Positions 1 to 11,582 of a DNA stretch of 64,000 bases are shown here, piece after piece. Each line of letters begins with the position of its first letter. The first letter of the stretch is position 1. Below the pieces are notes generated by a model. That model did not search any database. It was not told the DNA's origin and saw nothing but the letters and a program-made list of their open reading frames with translations. The position numbers and the translations under genes were made by a program. This DNA is from Porphyridium purpureum (taxonomy: Eukaryota), in the NCBI GenBank assembly GCA_008690995.1, contig VRMN01000008.1, positions 434,001-498,000 of the forward strand, given 5' to 3'.

Positions 1-1525
<1,525 letters not shown>

Positions 1526-1977
1526 CCCTACCTATCCTCTCTCCCTCTCTCTCTCCTCTTCCTCTCCACCCACTCCACACGTCACACACCTACCCACCTC
1601 CCACTCGCAGCCCACACAACCCCTTTCCCTCTCCTCTTCCCCTCCTCTGTCCCTTCCTTCTCCCCCCTCCACCGCAACTCAATACCGTCCTCATAAACTA
1701 CCACACCACACCCCCCAACCAACCAACCAACTATCAACCCAACCGGCTATCGCCGCGCGCCCACGACTTTCCCCCCTCCCTTCTTCCCCCCCTCCCCCGT
1801 TTAATTATAAAACCGGGTTTCACGGCCGCCACCCAAACGCCCACCACCGCCCACCACCGCCCACCGCCCACCGCCCGAAGGATAACGCGCTCACATACCG
1901 AAACACACGCGTTGACGTGCGCCCCATCGCACACGCCGCGTGCCGCAGCATACAAAAACTTACAACGCTTACGCAAG

Positions 1978-2010
1978 TCCGTCCGTCCGCCCGTCCGTCC
2001 GTCCGTCCGT
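1978..2010. repeat. (GTCC)n tetranucleotide microsatellite
   Basis: gtccgtccgtccgcccgtccgtccgtccgtccgt, read directly. Confidence 0.85.
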
Positions 2011-3309
2011 CTCTCATGTCCCGATCCATTCACAAATAAGCACAGAAACACACAAGTGGGGTACAGTGGAGCTGCACTCAGTTCGGAGCGTGGAGGTTCA
2101 GCTCGTACTGTACCGCTTGGAATCGAGCGTCGGTGGAGGTACACGGTAGGGTGTACTGCGGAAGGTCTGGCTCGTGCCCCGCGCAAGCGTAGATTGTACG
2201 CGCGGTCGCAAACGACGCATAGCATGGCAACGGGGGCGTCCGCTTGATGCAAACCAGTCAGAGAGGTCAAGGCGTGCCTTCAGCGGAACCACGCGTGCAC
2301 ATTCAGTGCGGAACGAGATGGCGGCTTGATCTGGAACGTGGGCAAAACGCGTCGTCATGCGTATGCGGAATGGCTTCGTTTCACACGCAATTCAAGTGGC
2401 GGGTGTTGCGTCTTGTATACGCAACGAGCGTCGCTTCAGCTGGCGCGGTGCGTGCAAAAGTTGGACGCTGCCCAAAAGTGGCGCTCGGTGAATGTGTTCC
2501 ACGAGGCGAAGAGGTTTTGTGCGTCTCGTCTGCGTGAAGGATGGTGTCAGCGCGAATGCATCGTGTGCCGCTATCGGCTCGGGCCTGACGGAATGGTTCA
2601 GAGCGAAGGCCATTTGGCGCTACAGCGCCATGTGCACGGTCTACTTGCGTGCTTGAGTATGCTCACCAAACGCAGTGGCGCTGGCCGGGACCATGCATTT
2701 TTCGCTGTGCAAAGACGTGTTGTCGAAACGTACGCAGCTTTTCCAACTGAAGCTGTGCGACCTTCATTGTGCCCTAAGATTGGGAGCGGCTCGATTGACG
2801 AGCTATGCATGCTTCATTTCCGCTCCAAACCGCGCCTCATGCTGCGCATTCTTTGAGGTTGGCCGCAAACAATTGCGCGTATGCTTTGCACATGCATGTC
2901 TCAGCGGTTGACATGCCGTGCTCCTGCTCATACCGAGCTCACACGTAAGACCGTACCTCATGACCTTGGTTCACAGACGGCAAGAGCACAAGGTGCCTAG
3001 CTCTGGTCGTGCACCCGCGTGGCCGGCGAGCGCGCAACTCGGCATGGTGCGAAAGGTCGGTCGTTCGACTGACTCGTTGAGGCCCAATCGTGCTACACAC
3101 ACAAGGTCTCGGACATTGTTGGCACACAGACACCCAGATCTTGGCAGAAACCGCGAAATGTCATGCTCAAAACGTGACAAACACTCAAGGACAATTCATT
3201 TCTGCGATTGCTCACGAAATCCAGCAGTGTAGAGAGATCTTTCACATACTGTCGTGAAATTCGACGCCAAAAGAATGAATCGTATATTAATTAAGCGCTC
3301 GTTTGCTCG

Positions 3310-4104
3310 CTAGAGCGCTCGTGACCGCCGCACGAGCGTGATCGTTTTGTATGCTTCCCACAGCGCCATGGAAGCCGAGGTTGACAAGTTGAAGCTACGG
3401 AACTGCTCGGGGCTGTGCATGGGGTATGCGACAAAATTCGCAGGGTCTTCATTCGCATCCAGCCACCCTCGAATACTCGTAAGGCCTGTCACCTCGCTAC
3501 CGAATATAAGCACAGTCTTGGTAGAATCATCGAATGTAACATCAAGCATACTGGAGTGGGCATACTTGGTGAAATACAGGCGCCTTCCGAGTGTGGCGAG
3601 GGTGGGTAAGAACGCGTCCCACGACTCGTAGAACCTCAAGTCTACGTGCTGCCAGTAATCCAAACCGGCACGTCGCACCTGCTTGTCCTCCAGCGAGAAT
3701 CCAATGGGCCCGACAACATGCAGGCGCGCGCCAAAGCCCATGCAGGTGCGACCAATGTTGCCGGTATTCCAATGGATCTGCGGCGTCACAAAGACAATAT
3801 GGAGCAACGGCTCCCCGTCTGTATCATCCAGCAAGGGCTGATCAATCGCCGCGCCCTTCCCGAACGGCGCATGTCCATCTGCTCTCAACTTGATCGGCGG
3901 CAACGGCGCTGCGACCCGTTCGTTCTGTTCGACACAGCATGCCAAGCGGCACCTCGTGCTGCGCAACCCACTGCTCACGCCACCGCGCAAGCCATTCTTC
4001 CCTGGTACCACACTGCCGCGAGAGACCACGTCTAGACGCGTCGGGACAAGCGCGGTAAATGCCACCGCAGGCCGTGGCGAAATGTAGCCATCCATCTCTG
4101 TCAT
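3310..4104 (-). CDS. trmL: tRNA (cytidine/uridine-34 2'-O)-methyltransferase, TrmL/SpoU family, probably organelle-targeted
   Basis: IVFVTPQIHWNTGNIGRTC, VRRAGLDYW, LIFGSEVTGL and RSFNLSTS are TrmL SPOUT motifs. The N-terminal extension is Ser/Arg-rich. Start is ATG 4104 or 4095. Confidence 0.9.
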   Translation of the reverse strand: MTEMDGYISPRPAVAFTALVPTRLDVVSRGSVVPGKNGLRGGVSSGLRSTRCRLACCVEQNERVAAPLPPIKLRADGHAPFGKGAAIDQPLLDDTDGEPLLHIVFVTPQIHWNTGNIGRTCMGFGARLHVVGPIGFSLEDKQVRRAGLDYWQHVDLRFYESWDAFLPTLATLGRRLYFTKYAHSSMLDVTFDDSTKTVLIFGSEVTGLTSIRGWLDANEDPANFVAYPMHSPEQFRSFNLSTSASMALWEAYKTITLVRRSRAL

Positions 4105-4443
4105 CTGTCCCCGCGTCCCCGCGATTCCACTCGGCCTCGCTTCCTCTCTCTCGCCATGTCGTGCGCACACCGACGCAAGCACGGAACTGTACACTATCAA
4201 CGAATCCAGTCACTGTACCCACGTAGCATTGCTAGGGTTCCTGTACTTTACAAGTAAAAAAGCCCATTTTACTAGGAACACTGGAAGGCCCGAGAAAGAA
4301 CGGACGCCAAGTGCCAAGCCACAAGCGGTCGGTAGGGAGAGGAAAGAAGAAAGGCGAAAGGAGAGGAAAGGTTGTAGCGTGCGGGGTCTGGGTTGGGCTC
4401 GAGGCTTGGGTTTGTGCGGCGTGAGCAGATCGACGTGGGAAAA

Positions 4444-4909
4444 ATGTCGCTGGTCTTGCGCAAGCTCCAGCAGCTGAACTTTACGAGCGTCGGCGACCCG
4501 GCGTTTGCGCGCGCGGCTCAATGGGCCGCCAAGAACGTGTCTGGGCCGGATATTCGCGCAGCTGCGGGCTGGGGCGTCTGCTTGGGCGTCACAGCGTTTT
4601 GGTTTATTGGTACGTTTTGATGCGCGCCTTCGTTTGCGAGGTTTGATGGTTTTTTAATTTTTTCGGCCACACGCCCCGTGATTCATTCATGGCTTGTGGA
4701 GCTCAAACGTGCACAAAGACACTTGCATACACACACACGCACGGAAGAGCAGCGATGGAATACTAACGCTTGTGATAATGGCGCCCCGCGCAATTTCTTC
4801 TTCCCCCCTGTTCTTTTCAACCTCTTCAGAGCCCTACGATTTCTTCCGCAGGGAGTTTGGCTTCAACTTTGGGCCGTTCAAGGCGCCAGAGGAGGTAGCT
4901 GCAGAATAG
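4444..4909 (+). CDS. QCR10: Cytochrome bc1 complex subunit 10 (QCR10/UCRY-like); join(4444..4609,4830..4909)
   Basis: Splicing GTACGT (4610) to TTCAG (4829) gives DIRAAAGWGVCLGVTAFWFI-EPYDFFRREF, which resembles plant UCRY (DIQAAAGWG...W..QPF.W). Stop TAG 4907-4909. Confidence 0.82.
4610..4829 (+). other. Spliceosomal intron (220 nt)
   Basis: GTACGT donor, TACTAAC branch point at 4761-4767, pyrimidine tract and CAG acceptor; removal restores the reading frame. Confidence 0.88.
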
Positions 4910-5025
4910 TTGGAGCTGGCGCGGTGCTCTTTGGTCCGCATGGGACCTGTGGCATGATGGTCAGTAAAGAACAAACCTGCACTCCGGGTATTCATTCCGA
5001 CGCTTTGTCGTGGTGGCCCGCCAGG

Positions 5026-5442
5026 TCATGACTCACGCGAGACGGCGATCACTTCGAGGATCCAAACCGCTTGTGATTCTACACTGGTCGACAGGTCGCG
5101 GACCGTGCGCGCTGAAAGCTGCACACGCGGCGACGGGCTCCCGGTTGGAAAGGACTCGACAGAACCCACAACCATGAGGTACATGCCTACGCACAGCTCG
5201 CCGGAAAGCTCTCTGAAGCGCGCCGTGTCCAGCAGCACCTCGATCACGCCCGTCCCGTCGTCCAGCAGCACGCGTTGTGTAATTGCGCGAGCACCACACC
5301 ACACCAGCACGCCCTGCACCCACACAAGTGGCGGAACGCGCGCCGGCTGCCGCGCGATCAACGAGACAAAAGTTTTCCGCGAGCCCTCCCGGTCGCTTGG
5401 CTTGCCGCCCGAGGATTGTGTGACGTTGGACACGGAATCCAT
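5026..5442 (-). CDS. RMI2: RMI2-like OB-fold protein (BTR dissolvasome subunit)
   Basis: VWVQGVLV, LLDDGTG, GMYLMVVG and VRDLS...WILEV match the RMI2 pattern (VWMQG, D.SG, GKYVMVMG, MTDLS, WELEV). Confidence 0.78.
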   Translation of the reverse strand: MDSVSNVTQSSGGKPSDREGSRKTFVSLIARQPARVPPLVWVQGVLVWCGARAITQRVLLDDGTGVIEVLLDTARFRELSGELCVGMYLMVVGSVESFPTGSPSPRVQLSARTVRDLSTSVESQAVWILEVIAVSRES

Positions 5443-5574
5443 GCCGGCCAAGGGAAGTTCGAACAAACAGGATGGGTGTAACGGATGGGAACATTTCTGC
5501 GCTTTTCATTTCATCTAAACACTCTAAATCCTCCCTGTCAAACACAAAGACTGCTACAACACATGCTATATGTG

Positions 5575-5703
5575 CTACTGCTTCGGACACGTGCACCACT
5601 GCCCGCCCTTGGCCTCAACAGACTTCTTCAAGGACTCGACATGCATCCCGCAGCCTCGCCATGTCGTCTTCTTGCACGTCGCACACTCCACTGGCATACA
5701 CAT
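5575..5703 (-). CDS. 42-aa Cys/His-rich microprotein, putative zinc-binding
   Basis: MCMPVECATCKKTTWRGCGMHVESLKKSVEAKGGQWCTCPKQ; TATAAAT on the minus strand at 5883-5889 upstream. Confidence 0.7.
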   Translation of the reverse strand: MCMPVECATCKKTTWRGCGMHVESLKKSVEAKGGQWCTCPKQ

Positions 5704-6763
5704 GCTGAAACGGCGCCGCGAAAGCTTTACCGCTGCGATACGACACACACGACCGGTACGCTTCTTGAAGAAAAGTGCTTGTCTCTGTGGTTTTCCTTGC
5801 CGACTGCCTCGCGTTCGCCCTGTGTCTCTCGTCTCCACCTTTCTACCGGTCGCTCGCAGTCCATCAGAAGTGCGCGCGCCGTATTTATACCGCGTGCGGA
5901 GCGCTTGCGAATTTCTTCTTCGCGTTCCGCACGTGGTCCGGTCCCGGAATTTGGAACGAGTGTGGAGATGGTGACATGCGTGGCATGGAAGCATTGGATG
6001 GGCGGATGGAATCCGACCAGAGCACGGGCCTCATGAGCGACGTTTCCTACTCCTCGAGACAGGTGCAGCACACATGGCGTCAAGTGCAGCTTCCGCGCGA
6101 CCCTATGACAACCATCAGTGATGGAAGTGGTCTGGCCTCGCGGAAACATGCGCAGGCACCTCTGCGAAACACTTGCATGCACTCGCGCCGTCGCCGCGCT
6201 TCATCCCATGCTTTGGTAACGGACGAAGGTCGAGGAACGACGACTGTGGGAATGGTGGCGTCGGACCGCACAGCAGATGATGTTTCACGCGTTTGCAGGA
6301 CAAGGTCGTGCGGCTCGCTCAATACTGATATCAGCACCAACTCTTACTCTCACAATCGCATGCATTCTGTAGCCGGGGCGCAAAACGCATGCGTGCCTCC
6401 TTAACTTTATTGTTCTTTCAGCTCGCTAGGTTCGGGTAGCATGAACGCCATCAAGCTCAATGGACCAGTAGCGGCAAAGCTTTTGCGCGATCCTGCAAGA
6501 CCCGCCAGACGGATTGCTTGTTTTCTTAGTGCCTGTACGAGTTCCTGATGAGCAGGTGCCGCCGTTCGTCAGCCAGAGGTCAAAGGGATTGAGCGTTCTG
6601 ACGTATTCTGTCAGGATGGGCAAGATTGAGTGACACTGTGAATTTCTGGAACAGCGTTTGTTCTGTGTAACAACGACCAGATTTACTTAGTGACTAATAC
6701 TCAACACAAAAGGCTGGGCCGGAAGATCTATTGTAGACTAAATATGCCGCGGGCAAACTATTC

Positions 6764-8731
6764 TTAGTCGACCTCGTCGACTTGGACACCTCCAGTGCCT
6801 CCGGCCGCGCCGCCTGCTCCTCCCATGTCGGGCATGCCTCCCATGTCCGGAGCTCCACCACCGGCCTGGTACATCTTGGTCATGATCGGGTTCACCACGG
6901 CTTCGAGTGCCTTTTGCATTGAGGTGTATTCTTCAGTGCTTGCCTCCGAGTTGTCCTCCAGCCATTTGAGGCACTCCTCTACCTTATCCTCAATGGCCTT
7001 CTTGTCGTCGGCATCAAGCTTTCCGGCAATCTTCTCGTCTTGGATGGTGTTTCGCACGTTGTATGCGTAGTTCTCCAACCCGTTCTTTGCCTCTACGCGC
7101 GCCTTCATGATCTCATCCTCCGCCTTGTACTTCTCGGCATCCTGGACCATCTTCTCGATCTGGTCCTTCGACAGGCGACCCTTGTCGTTCGTGATTGTGA
7201 TCTTGCTCTTGTTTCCAGTCGACTTGTCCTCGGCAGACACGTTCAAGATACCGTTAGCATCGACATCAAAGGTCACCTCGATCTGCGGAACACCGCGGGG
7301 CGCCGGTGGAATACCAGACAGCTCAAACTTGCCGAGCAAGTTGTTGTCCTTGGTGCGCGCACGTTCACCTTCAAAGACCTGAATAAGCACACCTGGCTGG
7401 TTGTCAGCGTATGTCGAGAAGATCTGCTGCTTCTTGGTGGGGATCGTCGTGTTGCGCTTGATCAGCGTCGTCATCACACCACCAGCGGTCTCCAGACCCA
7501 GCGACAGTGGGGTCACATCGAGCAGCAAAAGATCCTGCGTCTTGGACGACGTATCACCTGTCAGAATGGCGGCCTGCACCGCAGCACCGTAGGCAACGGC
7601 CTCATCTGGGTTGATGGTCTTGCACAGTTCCTTGCCGTTGAAGAAGTCCTGCAGCAGCTGCTGCACCTTTGGCACTCGCGTAGAGCCGCCCACCAGCACG
7701 ATCTCGTCGACCTCCGACTTGCTCACCTTCGCCTCCTTCAGCACATGCTCTACGGGCTCCAACGTGCCGCGGAACAGGTCCATGCACAGCTCCTCAAACT
7801 TGGCGCGCGTGATGGACGAGTAAAAGTCAACACCGTCGTACAGCGCGTCAATCTCAATCGATGTCTGCGTGGCGGATGACAATGTCCTCTTTGCGCGCTC
7901 GCAAGCCGTGCGCAGACGGCGCATGGCGCGCGCCGAGTTCGGGCCCTGGGTGAGATCCTTCTTATTCTTGCGCTTGAATTCTTGCACAAAGAAGTTCACC
8001 AGACGGTTGTCAAAGTCCTCACCACCCAAGTGCGTGTCACCAGCGGTGGCCTTGACCTCAAAGACGCCCGTGTCGTCAATGCTCAGAAGAGACACATCGA
8101 ATGTTCCACCTCCCAGATCGTAAATGAGCACCATCTTCTCGGAGTGGGAGCCGCTTGCTTCCTTCCTGTCCAACCCGTAGGCAATCGCAGCCGCCGTTGG
8201 CTCGTTAATGATTCGCAACACATTCAGACCAGCAATCTGACCGGCATCCTTGGTGGCCAGACGCTGCGAGTCGTTGAAACGCGCAGGTACGGTCACAACC
8301 GCGTTCTTCACCTCCTTGGCAAGGTATGCCTCTGAGATTTCCTTCATCTTACCCAGCACCATGGCCGAGATTTCCTCTGGCATGAATGTCTTGGTCTCGC
8401 CCTTGTACTTGACCTCAATCTTGGGCTTGTTGTCCTCTGCGCCCACCACCTTGAACGGGAAGTGCTTGAGGTCCGCCTGCACGGACGGCGAGTCAAAGCG
8501 CAGACCAATCATTCGCTTTGCGTCAAACACCGTGTTGTGCGGGTTCATCGCCACCTGGTTCTTTGCCGCATCGCCGATGAGACGCTCCGTGTCTGTGAAC
8601 GCCACGTACGACGGCGTGGTTCGATTTCCTTGGTCGTTCGCAATGATCTCGACGCGATCATTCTGCCACACGCCCACGCACGAGTACGTGGTGCCCAAAT
8701 CAATACCCACTGCAACTCCTGTTGCCGCCAT
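6764..8731 (-). CDS. HSP70: Cytosolic Hsp70
   Basis: [37 protein letters not shown] repeats and C-terminal DEVD. Confidence 0.98.
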   Translation of the reverse strand: MAATGVAVGIDLGTTYSCVGVWQNDRVEIIANDQGNRTTPSYVAFTDTERLIGDAAKNQVAMNPHNTVFDAKRMIGLRFDSPSVQADLKHFPFKVVGAEDNKPKIEVKYKGETKTFMPEEISAMVLGKMKEISEAYLAKEVKNAVVTVPARFNDSQRLATKDAGQIAGLNVLRIINEPTAAAIAYGLDRKEASGSHSEKMVLIYDLGGGTFDVSLLSIDDTGVFEVKATAGDTHLGGEDFDNRLVNFFVQEFKRKNKKDLTQGPNSARAMRRLRTACERAKRTLSSATQTSIEIDALYDGVDFYSSITRAKFEELCMDLFRGTLEPVEHVLKEAKVSKSEVDEIVLVGGSTRVPKVQQLLQDFFNGKELCKTINPDEAVAYGAAVQAAILTGDTSSKTQDLLLLDVTPLSLGLETAGGVMTTLIKRNTTIPTKKQQIFSTYADNQPGVLIQVFEGERARTKDNNLLGKFELSGIPPAPRGVPQIEVTFDVDANGILNVSAEDKSTGNKSKITITNDKGRLSKDQIEKMVQDAEKYKAEDEIMKARVEAKNGLENYAYNVRNTIQDEKIAGKLDADDKKAIEDKVEECLKWLEDNSEASTEEYTSMQKALEAVVNPIMTKMYQAGGGAPDMGGMPDMGGAGGAAGGTGGVQVDEVD

Positions 8732-8877
8732 CTTGTCTTTCTCTCTGTGTGTACCTGCACTCTGTATCCTTTCCTCTCTGTGACAACGTCTCTCCTTCCG
8801 ATCTGCTGCGTTCTATCCTGCTTGACTCGTCTTCCCCGCGCGCGGACGACCGCAAGAAACTCGAGCCGCGGCCCGCC

Positions 8878-9003
8878 ATTTATACCAAGCCCACCAGCCG
8901 CGCAGTCGCGCCGGCTCTGTTGTTTCGCGGCGGTTTTGCAAGAACGGCCTTCGCGGTGGAACCGTCTAGTCGCTTCTGGCGCTCGTCTTCTAGGAGCTTC
9001 CAA
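8878..9003 (-). promoter_or_regulatory. Hsp70 promoter: TATA box plus imperfect heat-shock element
   Basis: TATAAAT on the minus strand at 8878-8884; nTTCnnGGAnnTTCn at 8987-9001 approximates the nTTCnnGAAnnTTCn HSE. Confidence 0.5.
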
Positions 9004-9646
9004 AGATGTCATCCGAAGAGTCGGTCTCAAAGATGACCGGATGACATAATGTCATCTGGAGTTGGGAAGAAGGACATGTCATCATGTTGGCGCGAGGAGG
9101 GTTGGCAGAGAGCGGCACGCGTGGTGAAGCGATGCCTCGGGAAGAAGCAGGGGCTCATGCGGCTCGGGTCGGTTGGAGAAGACGCGTAGGCTCGCGTGTC
9201 GAGGGTCAGGAATGGCAGTTTACTCGCAAATGTTTGGGCGTGGGGGGGTTTTACACGGGCACAGTGTGTATCGTAGCGCCGATTTCTGTCCTTGCGCCAC
9301 GACTCTGCATCAGCCGCAGGATCAAGCTGGGGCTCTGAAATCGAGAGGCGAAGGTTTGGACTGTGATCGTGTTTGGGCATTATGTGCTCTATCCCAACCT
9401 GCGACGCGACGTCTTACTCCTTGCCGCAGGTAAAGACATTCGTTGCCAAAGTAAATATTGCCCGCGCACTGGCCACACGGTCGGCCTCCATTGGCCAGTC
9501 CCTGCTGGAGATTGAAGAGGAGGCCGCTCCAATGTCAATGCCAGATGGACCGCATGGTGCATTCGCATGGAAGTGTTCCCCATGACCGCATGCACCACCA
9601 TCCAGCCCGAGATCTGTTTCTGTGTCTCACTGCTACGTCTGGGCAG

Positions 9647-10342
9647 TCAAAAAGGTTCATAGTGACCGAATTCGACAAACTTATCGCCCATCTGAAGAAC
9701 ATTCAGTGCCTCCAGGGCCCGACTCGCATCATGATCCGACTCAAACTGCGCAATCCAGCATGCGACTTCGCCGAGCGTGAGCCTCACCTTTTCTGACAAC
9801 GTCTGTGAGATGCGCCCTGCAAAAGGTGCCAGCTTCTCGTCCAACTCCTGTTCGGACACGTCACCACGATCGCCGCCGCGCACCGAGACAAATAGTAGTC
9901 GCGCAGGCGGAACGGCTGCTTCTTGTGCTTTCGGCAGAATTTGTTTCTTCGTGTTTTGTTGTTGGCGCTGCTGCTGCTGCTGCTTGCTCTTGGCCTTTGA
10001 AATCCCCAGCGTTCCGTCGATCCGCATGACTCGTTCCGAGGCGTGCTTCCCAAACTGCACGACCAACGGCTTCCCCAAAAACGCACTCCCGTTTAAGTTC
10101 AGCCGCGCCGCAGCAGCCGAGGCGACGTCCTCAAAGGAGACGAATGCCTGACCGCGCATCTTCTGACTGCGACTCACAAATACGTCCATCACACGGCCAT
10201 ACTGCGAGCCAGCCACGTACAACAGCTCGCGCAGCTTCTGCTTGGGTATATGATCATCGAGATTCTTTATGTACAACGTCTGATTTGGCCGTGGCGCGGC
10301 ATTCTCTGTCCCGCCCGCTTGTTCAGATGCCTGTGCCGCCAT
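9647..10342 (-). CDS. U1A/U2B'' snRNP protein (two RRMs)
   Basis: PNQTLYIKNL and VSRSQKMRGQAFVSF in RRM1 (loop closer to U1A SRSLKMRGQAF), a Gln-rich linker and a degenerate RRM2. Confidence 0.9.
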   Translation of the reverse strand: MAAQASEQAGGTENAAPRPNQTLYIKNLDDHIPKQKLRELLYVAGSQYGRVMDVFVSRSQKMRGQAFVSFEDVASAAAARLNLNGSAFLGKPLVVQFGKHASERVMRIDGTLGISKAKSKQQQQQRQQQNTKKQILPKAQEAAVPPARLLFVSVRGGDRGDVSEQELDEKLAPFAGRISQTLSEKVRLTLGEVACWIAQFESDHDASRALEALNVLQMGDKFVEFGHYEPF

Positions 10343-10860
10343 CGTGGCCTTTCGGAAGACCCACGCGCCGCAACGATCCAAACCACGCGAGCCGGCGCCG
10401 CATTGAAACGCAGAAATTGATCAGACGCACTAATGAGCGTCGGGTGTGCAGGTGCGTCCTCTGGAACCACGGCGGCGGGAACCAGTTCTCCGCACGGACG
10501 CCCTCCCGCTCCCGACATTGCTCTGATTCCCCACATCCCCGCAGCACCAACAAAGTACAGTGAAGCTGTACTTTCGGAGCACAGAACACGAGCCCGCACA
10601 CAGTACAGTTACCGTTACTTTCCGTGCGTTGCTGTGTGCCGACGCGTGTGCGCTTTGAATCTGCTCGCCGAATTCTTGGCCCTGTTCTGAAATCGGCGCA
10701 AGCGATGATTTTATGATTTCGACGTGGTGGTTCCGCTAGCGATCGTGGTTGACGGACGGACGGACCGACTGCGTGAACGATGATGGAAAACACGACGCAA
10801 GCGGCTCGCTCGCCTGGATGAGCTGACGAGCCGGCTTGCAAGCTGCTGGTTTGGCTCGCT

Positions 10861-10910
10861 GGCTTGTTGGCCTGTTGGCCTGTTGGCCCGTTGGCCTGTT
10901 GGCCTATGGG
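10861..10910. repeat. Imperfect tandem 8-mer (GGCCTGTT) x ~6
   Basis: ggcttgtt ggcctgtt ggcctgtt ggcccgtt ggcctgtt ggcctatg. Confidence 0.8.
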
Positions 10911-11582
10911 TCCGTCAACTGCGGGCATGTTTCATTTGGCAGCTTGAGCTGTCAGTGGAGTAGATAGACATGGAGGAGCGTATTATGATTGATCGGTGGT
11001 ACACACATATATGCGAGACGCGAGTGTGTGTAACAGACGAGCCGGGTTTGCGCGGTATCCAATCTAGTTTGTCTTCTCACTCGCCAGTCCAAGGCGGTGC
11101 TGAAAATGAATGTCGTCTTGCCAGTCATAAATAAGCCGCGGTAACCGGTAGAGCGGTTAGTAGTAGTAGGAGGAGTCATATGTAGTCATACTCAGTAGGC
11201 ATAGGTGCGTGTGAGGGACCGACTTCTTGTCGTTGGTGCTACGGTGGTGGGTTTTGACTTTTTGAAGGAGGGAGGAGGGAAAGAGGAGAGAGAGAGAGAG
11301 AAAGAGGGAGAGAGAGAGAAGGAACGAGAACGACGGAAGGTGGGAAGGCGGGGAGAAGGGAAGGGAGTTGGAGGGGTGGTGGGAGGGAAAGTGGACGGCG
11401 GTGGGCCAGGGGAGGGAGGATTCGGTGTGTACGGGTGTGAGTGAGAGTGTGTGTAGTTGTGTGTTAGGGCGGAAGAGGGAGTGGGGGTTTCGGGTGAGAG
11501 AAGCAGAGTTGGGTGGTCGGGTAGACAGAGGGTGGTGGGGGACCCGGTGTGGGTTTCCAACAGGGATCGGCCGGTGGGTGCG

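Noticed and set aside
2244..3232. Short ORFs between DDX3 and trmL
   Set aside because: No motifs and no consistent coding frame
7040..7879. Long antisense ORF within Hsp70 (likewise 44286-45533 in clathrin and 37799-39031 in VIT-vWA)
   Set aside because: Typical shadow ORFs caused by GC-rich codon bias
10861..10910. CRISPR-like or other spaced repeat array
   Set aside because: Simple tandem 8-mer without spacers, in a eukaryotic context; no CRISPR array, tRNA or snRNA was recognised anywhere in the window
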